Below, in pieces: positions 50,740 to 63,600 of a DNA stretch of 64,000 nt (positions within the stretch are counted from its first letter, which is position 1; every line of letters starts with the position of its first letter). Under the pieces are notes generated by a model. It did no database searches and was not told the origin of the DNA. It saw only the letters and a program-made list of their open reading frames with translations. The position numbers and the translations under genes were made by a program. Source of the stretch: Vicugna vicugna (Eukaryota); the NCBI GenBank assembly GCA_013265495.1, contig MU058103.1:372001-436000 (forward strand). The letters run 5' to 3'.

Positions 50740-52912
50740 TAGTGTGACTAGTGTTATGGGGAAGATGAACAGTGTAGAGTAGTTAAACTAAATAGCCTCA
50801 AAAAATCAACATACAGCTTTAGCCTGAAATGACATTTAAATAGCAATTTATTTACTAAGTAAATATCCTGTTTAAAAAATCACTTAATGCCATTTCTTGC
50901 TATCATTTACTCTTTAACTTGACTTTCGAGGAGTCAATGGATTCAATATCAAGGACCAATTGACCGATCCAATTTTACCTTCCAACATTCTCCACCTACC
51001 AATCCAATTTTATTTTATGTTCCAGCCTTTTTTTCTTTTTCCCTGAACCTCACTGTAGTTTTGTACATTTTCCCTCTACCTCTAAGGTTCTTATACCTAC
51101 TCCTGCACAGGACAAAATTCTAGCCTTCTATAAAGTTCTTTGTTCAAATGTTGTTTTCTTTATAAAACGTTCCCTAACTTTCTGTGTAATTTCAAGCTTA
51201 GCAGATAGAGACCAAACACACACGACCTGCAGACACCCTACAACACAGAGTGGTAGATCAAATTCTCAATTTAGCTAATCAAGGATAGAGAATGTTATTA
51301 GAAGTGAGTCTGGCCAGCCAGAACTGGAAGAGATGGAGCCTACGTTGGCAGTATTCCCTTGGATCCCAAATGCCTAAGAGGTGAGGGCTGGCACGCATCT
51401 GTCAGTGGCACTGTCCACATGAAGTCTTGCTGATTTGAGGGGCTTGATTTCTTTCTGGGCATGATCCTTATATAACTGGTGTTTTCATTACTCTCTATGA
51501 AGAATTTTTTCATACAACCTATTTGCTTCCATTTAAGGGAAACATTGATTCCTGCATTTTGAACTAATCTCAGTGACAGTGAAGGGGTTTCATCAACTAG
51601 GGAAGACAGGAATATGGTTCTGATTTTGTATTTGCCTTGAGGGTTCCAGCAATGCAGAAAACCTCGCTTTTAAAACACCTCTATGCAACACAGTGTTAGA
51701 CTTTCATCTTTCAGTTTGCATAGCATTTTCTTTCTACTATAAGCCAAGCTCCAGGCTGAGGACTGTAGACCAGTAGAGGAGGTACAGTCTTGTCTTCATG
51801 GAGTCCTGGTACAGTAGACAACACAGATCAATAACCAGCTAATTTGAATGATAATCTGTGTCACCAAAGAGGCAGCAGTTGAGTTGGTATGAGTTAACTA
51901 GGTAAAGAGGTTGGGAAGAACATTCTGATCAGATAGAATGCTGTGGCAAAGAGTCCTTAAATATAAATATGAAGATTTAGGGAGCTGCGTGTGGTTCCGC
52001 ACTCTGATCTCTGTCTAAGAGGACTTCAACGTCAGAATGTAGTTTTGTGCTTTAGGGTCCAACTCATAGTACTTCCTGGTTCAGCCAGTGTTTTTTGATG
52101 AATCACTTATTGTGGTCATATCACTGTGCTGGATGTTACATCTAAAAAATGAGTGTATTGATCTACTTAAAATATATTACTTGGACACATATGTGCTCTG
52201 TGTGTGTGTGTGTTAGAGGTATAGGTAGTAGACAGATAAAGAGACAGCCATTTTGGCATCTTCTAAGGCTTAAGATCATTAAGCATAATTTGGCCATGTG
52301 GTCACATTTGTGTGTGTGTGTGTGTTTTCACAATCTGCACATGTTTCTGAAAACTTTCATGTGAGGAATGCCACTTTTATTAGTGATGTTTGAGTGATTA
52401 TCTCATTCACTTATAGCACAGTGATTTATGTGAAATGCTTCTTTTGGCACTTGATAAACGCTTGTTGACTGGCTGACTTTCACAAACACTGAAGATAAGA
52501 ATGATGTATATAGTGAAGTCATTTTGCCAACAGGAAACTAACTGGGTGCCAAGATTTGTATACAGTGTAAATCATAAGGACATGAATATCCTGCAACGGC
52601 CTAAAAGAAGCATACAGATGTACTTTTCCAAGCAGCAGATTCACTTTTCTGCAGCTTATGGCTGAGAAAAAGGCTTCAGGCAGGACCAAGCAAACTATTC
52701 TTGAGACTGACAACAGAGTAAATCCGCACTATTTTCTACATTTTTATAGCATCATAGATTGTGCCACAGAACAGTGTCTATATATCATAGACATAATAGG
52801 TAAGAACACACATTTTGGAATTAGAAAGCTCTGGCTGGAGTTGAAATTCATCTTCGTAGTAACCATCTCTGTAGCTTTCAACATGTCTTTTGTTTCCATA
52901 TAAGAAGTGGTT

Positions 52913-53220
52913 TGTATAGTAGGTTAGATAATGCCAACTCTCCCAGATGAGATGTCTGTACCCTAATCCCTGGAATCTGTAAATATGTTGCCCGACATAC
53001 TGAAAGGGACTTTGCAGATGTGACTAAGTAAAAGGTCTTGAGATGGGGAGGGTGTTCTGTATTATCTGGTTGGGTCCAACGTAATCACAAGAGTCCTTAT
53101 AAGAGGTCAGTCAGAGATTGAGATGAAATTACAGAAGCAGAGGTAAGAGGGATGCAGGACTGGGAGCCCAAGGGATGCGGGCAGCCTTTAGAGGATGGAA
53201 AAGGCAAGGGAACTAATATA
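52913..53220 (+). mobile_element. MaLR LTR (MLT1D-like) with 3' internal deletion, inserted in a MIR
   Basis: aaagggactttgcagatgtgactaag...ggaaaaggcaaggg joined directly to the terminal aactaatata. Confidence 0.85.
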
Positions 53221-53504
53221 ATTTAGTCATTTAGAAATAGACATAGTGAAGATCTCCCCAACAGGGTTATTTTGAGGTTCACCTGTATTATTAAATGTTA
53301 GGAGTGTTCGGCACTATACATTGTTAGGAGTCAAAGACTCTGGAGCCCAAGCCTGCCTCCAGTGCTTGAAACTTTTCCTTGTTCACATAAATAAGCTATT
53401 CTGTCTACACTTTGATGTATTTGTGCCTTGTGAATTGAACTTAACTTATTTCACAGTGTAAACAGTAATTTGTGCAAGGGAAGGATAGTAGAAGAACCAA
53501 GAAT

Positions 53505-53580
53505 GAAGGAGAGAGAGAGAGGGAGAGAAAGGAAGAGAGAAAGGGAGGGAGGGAGGAAGGAAGGAAGGAGGAGGAGAAGG
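53505..53580. repeat. Purine-rich GA/GGA/GGAA simple repeat
   Basis: About 75 nt of pure A/G seen directly. Confidence 0.9.
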
Positions 53581-53959
53581 TTTAAAAAAGGGTAGAATAG
53601 AAAGGAAAGAATGTAGTCTTTATCTGTCTCACATCAGACCCTACTCCTGCCCCATTATAGCATTTACCAGGGCCTAATTTTACTTCCTGTTTACTTGTCT
53701 GTATACCTCAGTCTTTAATTTGGTTTTTAAGGGCATTCAATGTCAAAGTCCAGCCTACCTCATCAACCTCATCTTCCAACATTTTCCACCTACCATTTCA
53801 GTATTATTTTGTGTTCTCTCAAGTTAGCATATGATGCTATTAAATTGCTCATGTATTATTTTAAAACCTTAAAAGAGGTGACATTTTTCCCATTGTTAAA
53901 CACAGATGTTAAGATTCACCTGAAAACATAAATTTAATATGACTATTGAAATGATATTG

Positions 53960-54330
53960 AATCAACTCACAGTATTTGAAAACAACAAGGTAGCACTAGC
54001 ACTTGACTGGACCCAAGGATTCAAATAGCGGCATCAAGAACAGGTCTTACCCACATCCCACCTCTACCTTGTTCTCCGTTGTACCATCTTCCTTTACAGA
54101 TTGGCTCTAACCACATGTGTACAGCTACACTTTGAGGCTAATATTCTATCAACCTGGCAATACCCATGGCAAGAAAGCATCTCTTTTTTTAATGGCCTGG
54201 CCAGAGTTTTAAGCTAAGGGGTCATGGACAAATCTGATGGGGAGGAGGTGAATTATTTGATTGATTTGGACATGGGTCCTTGTTCCAACTGGAGCATCAA
54301 GGAGTGCTTAGAATGTATAAACCACTAGTG
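53960..54330 (-). mobile_element. Old MaLR LTR (MLT1K-like)
   Basis: gactggacccaaggattcaaatagcggcatcaag...aagaaagcatctct...tttgattgatttggacatgggtc. Confidence 0.6.
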
Positions 54331-54399
54331 GGAGACAAAAGAAGGACAGCTACTGGGTGTTTCTGGAGGGGAAGGAATGGAGTCAGTCAGGAAAGGTGA

Positions 54400-56100
54400 T
54401 GGGCTAGCTGATTTTTAAGTCAAGTATTAGGCCTAAAGCACACCAAGGAATCAGAGGGGAGACAATGTGGGGAAGGATGCATAAACAGAGACCTAGAATA
54501 GGAGTGTTCACAAAGGTATGTGGTTAAAAAAAAAAGAAATTATAACTATTTTGACATGCCTGACACATAGAATGGTGGTCTTGGGGGTTTCAGGGTAGAT
54601 CGGGTGGAGAGTGGAAAGAGACAAGACTGAAGAGATTAAGTAGGGGCTGGGAAGGAAGGATCTGGCAAGCCATGGAAAGGAGTTTGGACTTTATCTGGGA
54701 TGTGCAAAGGTTTGTAACACAAGGGAGGAATGCAGTCTAACTTCTGATTTTGGAAGTAGCTTTCTGAGCATAAAGTAGACACTGAATTTGGAGAAGGATG
54801 AGCCTAAGAGAGGGAGATCAAATAGTAGGCTCTTCATCCTAATTCAGTATGGTTGTGAATCAAGACTTGTTAAGGTATTAATATGAATAAATACTGATAT
54901 ATTTGCTCTCAAAATGTGTAAGAAAGAATTGAAAAGAGGATCATACTTGAAAGCACACAGTTGACATAATTTATCAGTTTGAATTTAAATAATATGGATA
55001 TAGATATTGCTTATATACCAAATATAGATGTGTGAACTGTGCACCAAAATACATGTGAGGGTCTTGTGATGCTTTAGATTTTTAAAATTCTTGCTCTTAG
55101 GTCATCCTATCAAGGGGAAAACAAAACTTATGTCTAGCTTTATTACTCATTCATAAGTACCACAGAAGCATATCCAGTGGAATGATTAACTTATTTTGCA
55201 TCACAAATATGGGAAAAGCTTCACAGAAATGTCAGCTGAGCTTGGTCCTGAAATACTTTGTCTAGAAAATAAAGAATAAGAAATATTAGTGCCAAAACAT
55301 GAATACAACATGAAATATAACATGAAGTGATGATTTTTTTTCTATCTAATGAACAGCAAATAATCAGGCACAGTGATGAAGGTGCATAGGTACAAAGATG
55401 AGAGAGTGGTGCAGAAGAGATCCCAAACCACAGACCGAGGAGTTGTGGTCTTTTCTCTTAAACAATAAGAAGACATCAATGTCTTAGCGTGATAGTGACA
55501 TGATGAGGTCTGTATACTTGAGAGGAAAAGTAGTGGGAGTGAAGAAATTGAATAATGTGTAAAAGAGTAGCGAAAACAAGACCCAAGAGCCATTGGTCAA
55601 GAGACCTAAATCAGTGGTTCCTAGCTTTTCAAGGTGGGAGTCTACCTTTAAATGTATATTTTTCCTTATTCCCACTTGGTGATAGCTGTACCTGTCCTTA
55701 TGCAAACTACAGGCAGTTTTATGTGTGCGTATGTCTCCAGAGACCTTTTATAACAACGTTGGGGCTCCTCAGTGATCCATGGTTCATGACTTAGCACTGG
55801 CAGAGTCTGATCGATGTGAAACTGAATTAGGGCAATAATGATGAAGATGCAGATTGAGGATGGTTCCAAAGGCAGAATTAGCAGAACTGAGTGTCCCATT
55901 AGATAGAGAGAGACATGTTGGAGTGAAGAGGTGAACAGAGGAGCAGGTAGAGCAGTGAGTGGTTAGAGTAGTGGCCTAGGTAAGAGGTGGTGTGGTCTGG
56001 CTTAGGATGGTATTAGAGACGCACCGATGAAAGGGTCAGATTGGAAATATATTTTGAAGGTAGAGCTGGTTGGATTTGAGTCATAAATTTGAGAAATGAA
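54400..56100 (-). mobile_element. L2 fragments interrupted by a small hAT-type element (about 55612-55790)
   Basis: Antisense L2 signatures (ggagtttggactttatc, gtagagctggttggatttg); insert starts cagtggttcc. Confidence 0.6.
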
Positions 56101-56167
56101 CAACTTGGTGAGTGGTGGGGCCCTGTGTCCTGTTAGAGATCACTGGTGTGTGGAACAAGAATCCAGA

Positions 56168-56216
<49 letters not shown>

Positions 56217-56221
56217 ATGAT
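56168..56221. repeat. Compound trinucleotide microsatellite (GCT)13(GAT)5
   Basis: Counted directly. Confidence 0.98.
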
Positions 56222-56439
56222 TATATACTTGCTTTCTCTATGTGTATGGTTAGTTTTGTCGTATATATTTCCCACTATCAGACAAGCTTCATATAAACAA
56301 GTACATATTTATTCATTGCTCTACTTCTAAGGATTAACATATAGCATGACTCACAGTAGGTACTAAATAACTGTTTGATGAATAAATAAATTCACCAGAG
56401 CCTCTCTGTGTAATATTTTATTATGTGTTGGTTAATGTT

Positions 56440-56660
56440 TGGAGTGAAGTTTCTAGAAACAGGCTGGGCTCAGAACTTAGTTTTTCAGTGCTCATTAGCT
56501 ACTTAACTCTGGGTTACTTCTCTCTGGCCTCAGTTTCTTCATCATTAATAATAATAGTAGACTAATAATAGTCCAACCTTATAGCATTCTGATGGTTACA
56601 TAAATTAGTAAATAGAAAGCAATTAGAATAGTGTCTGGTAAGTGGTTAAGCATTTAGGGA
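56440..56660 (+). mobile_element. MIR SINE
   Basis: cttctctctggcctcagtttcttcatc...gaatagtgtctggtaagtgg. Confidence 0.75.
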
Positions 56661-58299
56661 GTGTTACCTGTTAAAATTATTATTTGAGGAAAATCTCCAG
56701 GTAACATATGTTTGAAAAACATTATCTATGTGAAACGATGTTTTCTTTGTTAAATTATAATTATAAAGCACTTTTATATACACTAATTATCCTTTTTAGA
56801 TATTTGGGTACTAGGCTGGTTTAATAGCAAAAGTGCATAACCCGTAGCAGCAGCAGTGTGCTAAATCTTGCCTCTGGGTCTTCTGAGTGTGCAAGTGCAT
56901 GTACCAGTGGTGGGATGGAGGCATGGAGGACAGATAGAGAAGCATGAGGCAGAGAGAGGCCATCATCAGTGGGTTTTCAACAGTATGCTTTAAAGGTATT
57001 CTCAATTGAGTTTATGCCCATTTTTAATCCTGTCTCCCATTGGAGTTTTCCATTTTGTTTTGTCCATAACAGTTGGATTGTTTCTGAGACTTTTAGTCTT
57101 GTGAGAAATGTACCGCTTGGACCCAGTGTCTCTAAATGGAAAATGTATCTATGGCTTTCTATCCCACGCTCCATACTTCATGCCATCCATCTCCATGAGT
57201 ACCAAGAGAGCCTTAGGAGTGTTTGCCCCTCTGAGAAATGGTATGACACACCTGCTATCCCTTAGAAAATGAAACTCGTGAGATAAATGTTTGATGTGCT
57301 TTCATCTTCTTTACACTGCTCATCCCTCTAAATATGCATTGGTAAAGAAATCTCTCAAGCAGAAAGGTGAGTCACCTTACAAAGCTGGTGACTGCAAGGA
57401 CAATTATTCTTCTTGGTCCTGCAGGTCATTTATTATGGATGAGAGTTACATCAGCCTCACCCCATAACCAGACTCTGTGCTATTATTGCAAAGGGCTTTG
57501 AAGTTGGTTTTTGTGTGGCTGCTGACAATTCTTATGACCCATATGAAATTGTGTGACTCTGATCAACTGAAATTCTCCCTGCAAATATTTAAGTAAGTCT
57601 GGTAACCCTAGGATGAGTTCCCAGAACATCGAATCTTAGAAACAGAATGACATTTCAAAATCATTTTTAACTGGCTGAAAAAATAATATCCATGACATTT
57701 AATACCTGCCATGCACCAACTCTGCCATGTAAATATTATAATTCTTGTTTTAAAGATAAAATCGCTGGAGCCTGGAGTGGTGAAATAGCTTCTCAAAGCC
57801 ATAAAGCCAGTTTTAGTTCTTGGTCTCAAGCCCAGAATCATCTTCATGCAACTCAGACTTCTTCTAGTACATGTAGCCTCCTGTCAGATTACTCTAGATC
57901 CGGCATGTGAGGGACTTCTATCCATCACAGAAGCTGTACGGATTCAGAAAATGATTGCTGGGCTGTCTATTGAAATGCTTGACTAAAATGCCCATGCAGT
58001 TGTAGGAAAATACTAGACTTGTCTCTTACAAATTCAAGTTCTCTGTCTTTTGTATGCTGTATATTCCACACTGGGTGCTTGATAAATATTAATTATGATA
58101 ATGCCTCACAGAATTTATTAACATGAATGTCTCTCTAACAAGTGGTTGGACTCCTTGAGGAGTGACTGTATCAATTCAATATGAGATTTTACTTTATTTT
58201 AATATGTAATTTAGACTGAGAAAAAAAGACACAGTAATCACTGTCCAACTGTTTTGATTATGGCACAACAATGTCTCTATACGTAGGTGGACCCATCAA

Positions 58300-58510
58300 T
58301 GTAGCCAACATTTTCTGAACACTTTCTACATGCCAAATGCCCACCGAGGCATTTTACATATGCTAACATTGACTATTTCTAACAGCCCTTAGGGTAGGTA
58401 TTGTTATAATACTGATTTTCTAGATACAAAAGCTGAAGTACTGAGGTTAAATAAATGGCCAAACTAGCCTAAGACCCCAGGCATTTGGACTCCAGAGTCT
58501 AACATCCAGA
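58300..58510 (-). mobile_element. MIR SINE
   Basis: aacagcccttagggtaggtattg...gaggttaaataaatggcc...ggactccagag. Confidence 0.75.
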
Positions 58511-58939
58511 CAACTCTTATATACTTTCTTGAATATAAATTTGAAATTGAAAAAAAAATCACTAATTAATTAATTAATCAGTTATTTCTTTCAAGTAACA
58601 CTTTGTGTGCCCAAAGCTCTGGGCTACAAACCTAAATCGACTTCTTACCTAAAGAAAGCTCACAGGCTTAAGTATTGTGAGGCCAAGCAAAATGACCATT
58701 GTATTCAAATTGAAAGAGCCAAGGGAACCTGAAGGAAGATTTATTCTCATTGAAAAACAGAGGACAATTTTCCTGGGAAGGATGCTTTAAAGCCCCGGTA
58801 AGAGGAAGACAGAATGGCTACAGAGACTGAGAGAACATCAAGGAGAAAATATGGAGAAATGAAAATCCATAATGTGTTTGGAATGCACTGAATACACGAG
58901 TAGGGAAATAATTCCCCCTAGACTGCCTGCTTCCAGTCT

Positions 58940-59100
58940 GCACTTCTGAGTTCTTAAACAGCGATGCTCATTAAAATCACTGGGGAGCTTCTTCAAAGCA
59001 GACACATCCTAGCTCCACATCCTAGAGAGTGTATTTTAAGCAGTAAAAGTTAGAGTTCGCACATGTACTTTCAATGTGCCCACTTAATTAAAAAACACAG
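58940..59100. mobile_element. MER5-type hAT element
   Basis: ttcttaaacagcgatgctcattaaaatcactggggagctt...cctagctccacatcctagag. Confidence 0.55.
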
Positions 59101-59758
59101 CTACTAGTTAATTGTCAAATTAGTGCGGTATGCCTCCTCTCACCTCTGGTGTATCTTTGGGGGCTTCTCAGATTTCTCTCCATTTCTACTTTCATGATAC
59201 ACTTTTGAGACATACCAGAAATAATTCCTCAGAAATGAAGGGTGAAAAGAAGCATGGGGGCATAAAGATGTTTATCACAAGTAAGTGTGGCTCTTCTACT
59301 TAGCACTTTTAAAATGTATACCCTAAGATTTATGCTTTCATATAGTTGCTGTGTATTTCTAAATACCCAATTATGTGTTTCTTTAAGCTGTGTTCTTTAC
59401 CACACAATGCAGAAGGCAAGGAAAAGAGACAATCTCAAAGGAAAACTAGAAATATAAACCAGGCATAATGTGGTACTTTTGTCTGCATGTATCTCTGCAC
59501 AAATAAGGAATCATTAGAAAACAGGTAGGAATTTCCCTGACCCAGGTCTCTAACCTTGTACTTCAAACCTAAGAGTGTAGCTTTCTCATTATCCCCTGCC
59601 TTGGTCTTGGGAGCCTCTCTACCTCTTTCTTAGTATGCCTCTCCAGAGTGTACTTCTTAGTAAACCCTCCAGTCTTCCAAGGGCACCATCTGCTTTTCCT
59701 TAGCAAGTCCTTTTCCATAGTTGACATCTCTTAAAGCCTTCATGGTTATTAAAAGTAA

Positions 59759-59790
59759 ATGCGTGCACGTGCACACACGTGCGCGCATGT
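59759..59790. repeat. 32-nt alternating purine/pyrimidine tract with five CpGs
   Basis: atgcgtgcacgtgcacacacgtgcgcgcatgt. Confidence 0.9.
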
Positions 59791-60099
59791 CTGTGTGCCT
59801 GTATATGTATAAAGTCATCATTCACCTGCTTCTTGTACTTCCTCTTCCTACTCTTACTCCTCAAGTAGAATTGCTCGTCACCCCTTGGTTTCTCCACCAA
59901 CTTTGTTCCATCTTTATCTCTTAAGATAAAACTGCTGTGCAATGTAGAATTTTCCAGAGAAGCTCAGCTAAGGCCCTGCTTACACAGTTTTCTACAAAAT
60001 AGAAGTAATATATCAATGTATAGAACTAGAAAATAATAGCATCACGATTTGAACCAACATGTTTTGGGGTCCAATACCGTTTCTATTAATTATTAATTA

Positions 60100-60161
60100 T
60101 GCATATGTATATGTATATATATGTGTGTGCGCATGTGTATATATATATATATATATATATA
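60100..60161. repeat. (TA)n/(TG)n microsatellite
   Basis: Seen directly. Confidence 0.9.
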
Positions 60162-60169
60162 TGGAGAAA

Positions 60170-61000
60170 GACATCCTTTTAGCTGATATTTAATGAGCAG
60201 TTGCAATGAATATGCCAGATCTTGATCTCAGTACTAAGGATATAAGGCTTAGCAAAAGCAAACATGTTTCCTTTTCTTATGGAGCTCACAGTTGAGGAGT
60301 AGGGGCAAATATTAATTCAATTATCAAAGAAATGTGAAATTACCATTGTGGTAAGTGTGAAAAGAAAGGTAAATGCTCATATATTGTGTATGTGGAGAGG
60401 TGGTGCTATGGACAGGAAGTTCAGCTTAGGTTTGTATGAAGAAGTGACTTGCAAACTTACATATGAAAAATGAATAGGAGTCTCTTAGATTTAGACAGAT
60501 AAGTATTTTAAGAAGAGGGAACAGCATTCGTAAAGACTGCGTGACTTGAAAAGGGGATGAGTTGTTTAAGATGCTCAAAGAAGTCCCCTTTGTGAGTTGA
60601 GGCTGAAGGTACAAGTCTCAGTAAGACTATATGTGGTTAAAGATTTGTTTCATTTCATCAGAGCAATGGGAAATGAGTGGAGGATTTTAAGCATAGAGAT
60701 GACCAAAAAGATTTTGTTTAGAAAAGATCCCTCTGGCTGCAGTGTGGAGGAGATTGGAGGGGAGGATAAAAGTAAATATGGGGAGATTAGTTAGTCCTGT
60801 TTGTAGTCCTGTTGGAAGATCATGGGAACTTGCATTAAGGTTATGAGGAATGGAGAGATTTCAACAGGTATAAAACCTGTTCAGTGCATTGGTGATAGAT
60901 TGGGTTTAAGCATGTCGGAAAAAGATGAATCAAGGATACCTCCTAGGTTCTTGATTTATGTAACTGGATGAAAAGGATATTGATTTATTGAGGAGTAATA
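60170..61000 (-). mobile_element. L2 3' region
   Basis: ggaggattttaagcatagag...tttagaaaagatccctctggctgcagtgtggagga typical antisense L2. Confidence 0.8.
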
Positions 61001-61685
61001 GAAGAATGTGCTGCTTCATTATTCTATAAATGACCAACTAATTTATGAGAAATTTACAGTATGTGAATAATCAAAGGCATTCAGGTGTCAAGAATATCTT
61101 GGATAATTACTAAATGCCACAGAATACACTTAATATGCTCAGGGTTGCAAAAACGTACAAATCATGCTGAAAAAAATCATACGTTGGTCACATGTTAAAA
61201 AATCACATGTTGATTTTTCCCGCTGATAAAACCAGGATGATTAAATCTATTTATAAGTACATTTTTAATAGTAGTGCAGTCCATAGTGGATGCTCAATAT
61301 TTGTTGAATAAATCAATGATAGTTCAAAGAAACAAAGTGTCCATTGGGTTTGATGATTAATTAAAGTTCAGTAAATATTTGATTTATTTGATTTATTTAA
61401 TAATTTAGTTCAAAATAATGTACAAAAGCAAATTTGAAAATGAGAAAGAATCATAAAGTGAGATTTCACTTTCATCCCAGCGTAAGGCATCATTATAGTC
61501 TTTATAGATTGAGTTTTGCTATCCCTCTATTCTTTCCCACATCACACACGCACACTTGGCTTCAGAATCTAAAGAAGGGTTAACTCATTCTTAGGGGTGA
61601 CCACATAAAGACATGTATCCACTAAGGAGTCTTTAAAAATGTATAATGAAGATGTAAGAGTTTTCTCCAACTATTTCAGTAATTT

Positions 61686-61704
61686 GGGCCACCAGATGTC
61701 ACTA
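61686..61704 (+). promoter_or_regulatory. Putative CTCF binding site
   Basis: GGGCCACCAGATGTCACTA versus TGGCCACCAG(G/A)(G/T)GGC(G/A)CTA; departs at position 1 and position 14. Confidence 0.5.
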
Positions 61705-63129
61705 CAGATTAAGCAATGGTGAAAGGCTTCCCACAGTGTAAATTCTACAGAGGCTTCTGACAAGTTAAACAAATAGAAAAGGATGTTAATTTTTAAAAGA
61801 AAATAATTGGGTGGTTGCTTTGACTATTTTTCTTTCATTCTGCCTTTAGTCCAATGTATCTTGAAGAGTTAAATAAAGAAAAAATACCTCCATTGCGTAT
61901 GCCATCTAATTTTGCATAACTTTTGCCTTCTATCCTAATAAAAAACGAAGAAATGTTACAGTCCAGCAGAGCATATTTTTTTGTTTCAGCAATTTGTTTG
62001 ATTGTGAGCAATATTTTTCAAGCTCCATTCTTCTCTGACTTCATAAAAGTAGACTGTCCCAGCTCACTTATATTAATGACCCTTTACACAACTACCTTGC
62101 TTGTAAGGGCTGCAGTGCAGGCTGAATATGTTTCCATTATAATGGCCACCTATAACGGGTAGTTAATCATGAAGAAAATTCATTAGCTGAGTGTCACCCA
62201 AAACCTATGTTGTGTGGCAAATGAACAGGGCACAGCCAGTTTGGGTTTTAATTTCTGCAATGAGCTCTTGTTGTAAAACTCCTTTCCTCCATAAGAAATT
62301 GGGCAGGGAATTAATGGCATGACAAATGGCTGGTGGGACCTGATGAGAAGCCTTGATTACAAGAGAGTCTATTATTTCTGTAGGAGTCCCCACAGATTCC
62401 TCATTGGAAGAAGTTATACTCTTGCGTGCCCTGAAGTTTTACTTTTTAAGCTCTGAACAACTAAGGAAACTGAAACAGGTATTGTTTTTGCGCAACACTC
62501 AAAACATAGATCTGTGTCAACCAGAATTTTTTCATGAATCAACTTCAATTCCAACTTGTTGATAAATTACTGGATAACTCACATATTAATTCATATTTAT
62601 TCAACATATACTTCTTGAGAGCCTACTCTACACAAGGTACATTTTCAGAAGTTAGGGATGCATTAGTGACTAAGACTGAAACAACCAGCCCTTATGAAGA
62701 TTACCTTCTACTACAGAGGGATGGGGGGATATGGAGGTGTGGAGAGAGAAAATAAACAATTGAGCTGTAAGTAATTTTATACATGTTCTATAAAAATATA
62801 GGTAGTACTATAGAACATAACTAGAAAGTGATGGAGAACAGTGGGAAGGAAGCAACCATATCAAGTACCAGCATCGGAGGGAGAAATGGCAAGGGCTTCA
62901 ACTTTACAACCTTTCTTTCTAGCCTGAGAAAGAGATTGACTCCCTGTTTCATTACCAACTTGAGAATTCTCAGTGAGAGATACTGGCCCAGTTGCTCATG
63001 ATTAGAGCAATTAATTCTGCCTAATAAGACAGGGTTAAAGTAAGCAAATAACTTTCAATTAGAGCAACATCTTTGGAGTATGGTAGGAGGAGTTCCCATA
63101 GGAAGGGGGAAGTAAAGAGCAAATGAAAT

Positions 63130-63600
63130 AGTGGGTGTTTGCTGAAAGATTAAATGTAGGTTTCACTAGATTTTGGTACAGTTGACATGCACATGCCTGA
63201 CTGGCAACAGAGTGAACCGGCACAAATCTTTTTGAAAGTAATTTGGCAAACCATTTCAAGAGCCATGCCTGTTTTTTGACCTATCAGTGTGTTCTGGTAC
63301 TGCACACTATGAATTATATTTTGAAGAAAAAACATGTGTCCATAAAGATGCGTATTAAAGTGTCATTTTAATAGTGAAAAATAAGAAGCAGCTTGGGTAT
63401 TTAACAACATTTGAGAGGCTATGAATTCATGGTAAAATAATAAGTACTCGTTCATCACAAGCAATAATTAGGATTATGAAACAGAAAGGACAATACCATA
63501 TTAAGATAAAATGAAAGCATGGTTTGGAGATATCTGTGGTTTTATTATTTTATATTAAATGAATATATATTCATATGGGAAAAAACAGTAAAAAGAAGCT
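63130..63600 (+). mobile_element. Old L1 3' region (L1ME-like)
   Basis: tttttgaaagtaatttggcaa...tttaatagtgaaaaata resembles a degenerate ORF2 end and 3' UTR. Confidence 0.6.

Noticed and set aside
56081-56330. Poly-Ala/Asp, poly-Leu and poly-Ser ORFs
   Set aside because: Translations of the (GCT)13(GAT)5 microsatellite flanked by L2 sequence.
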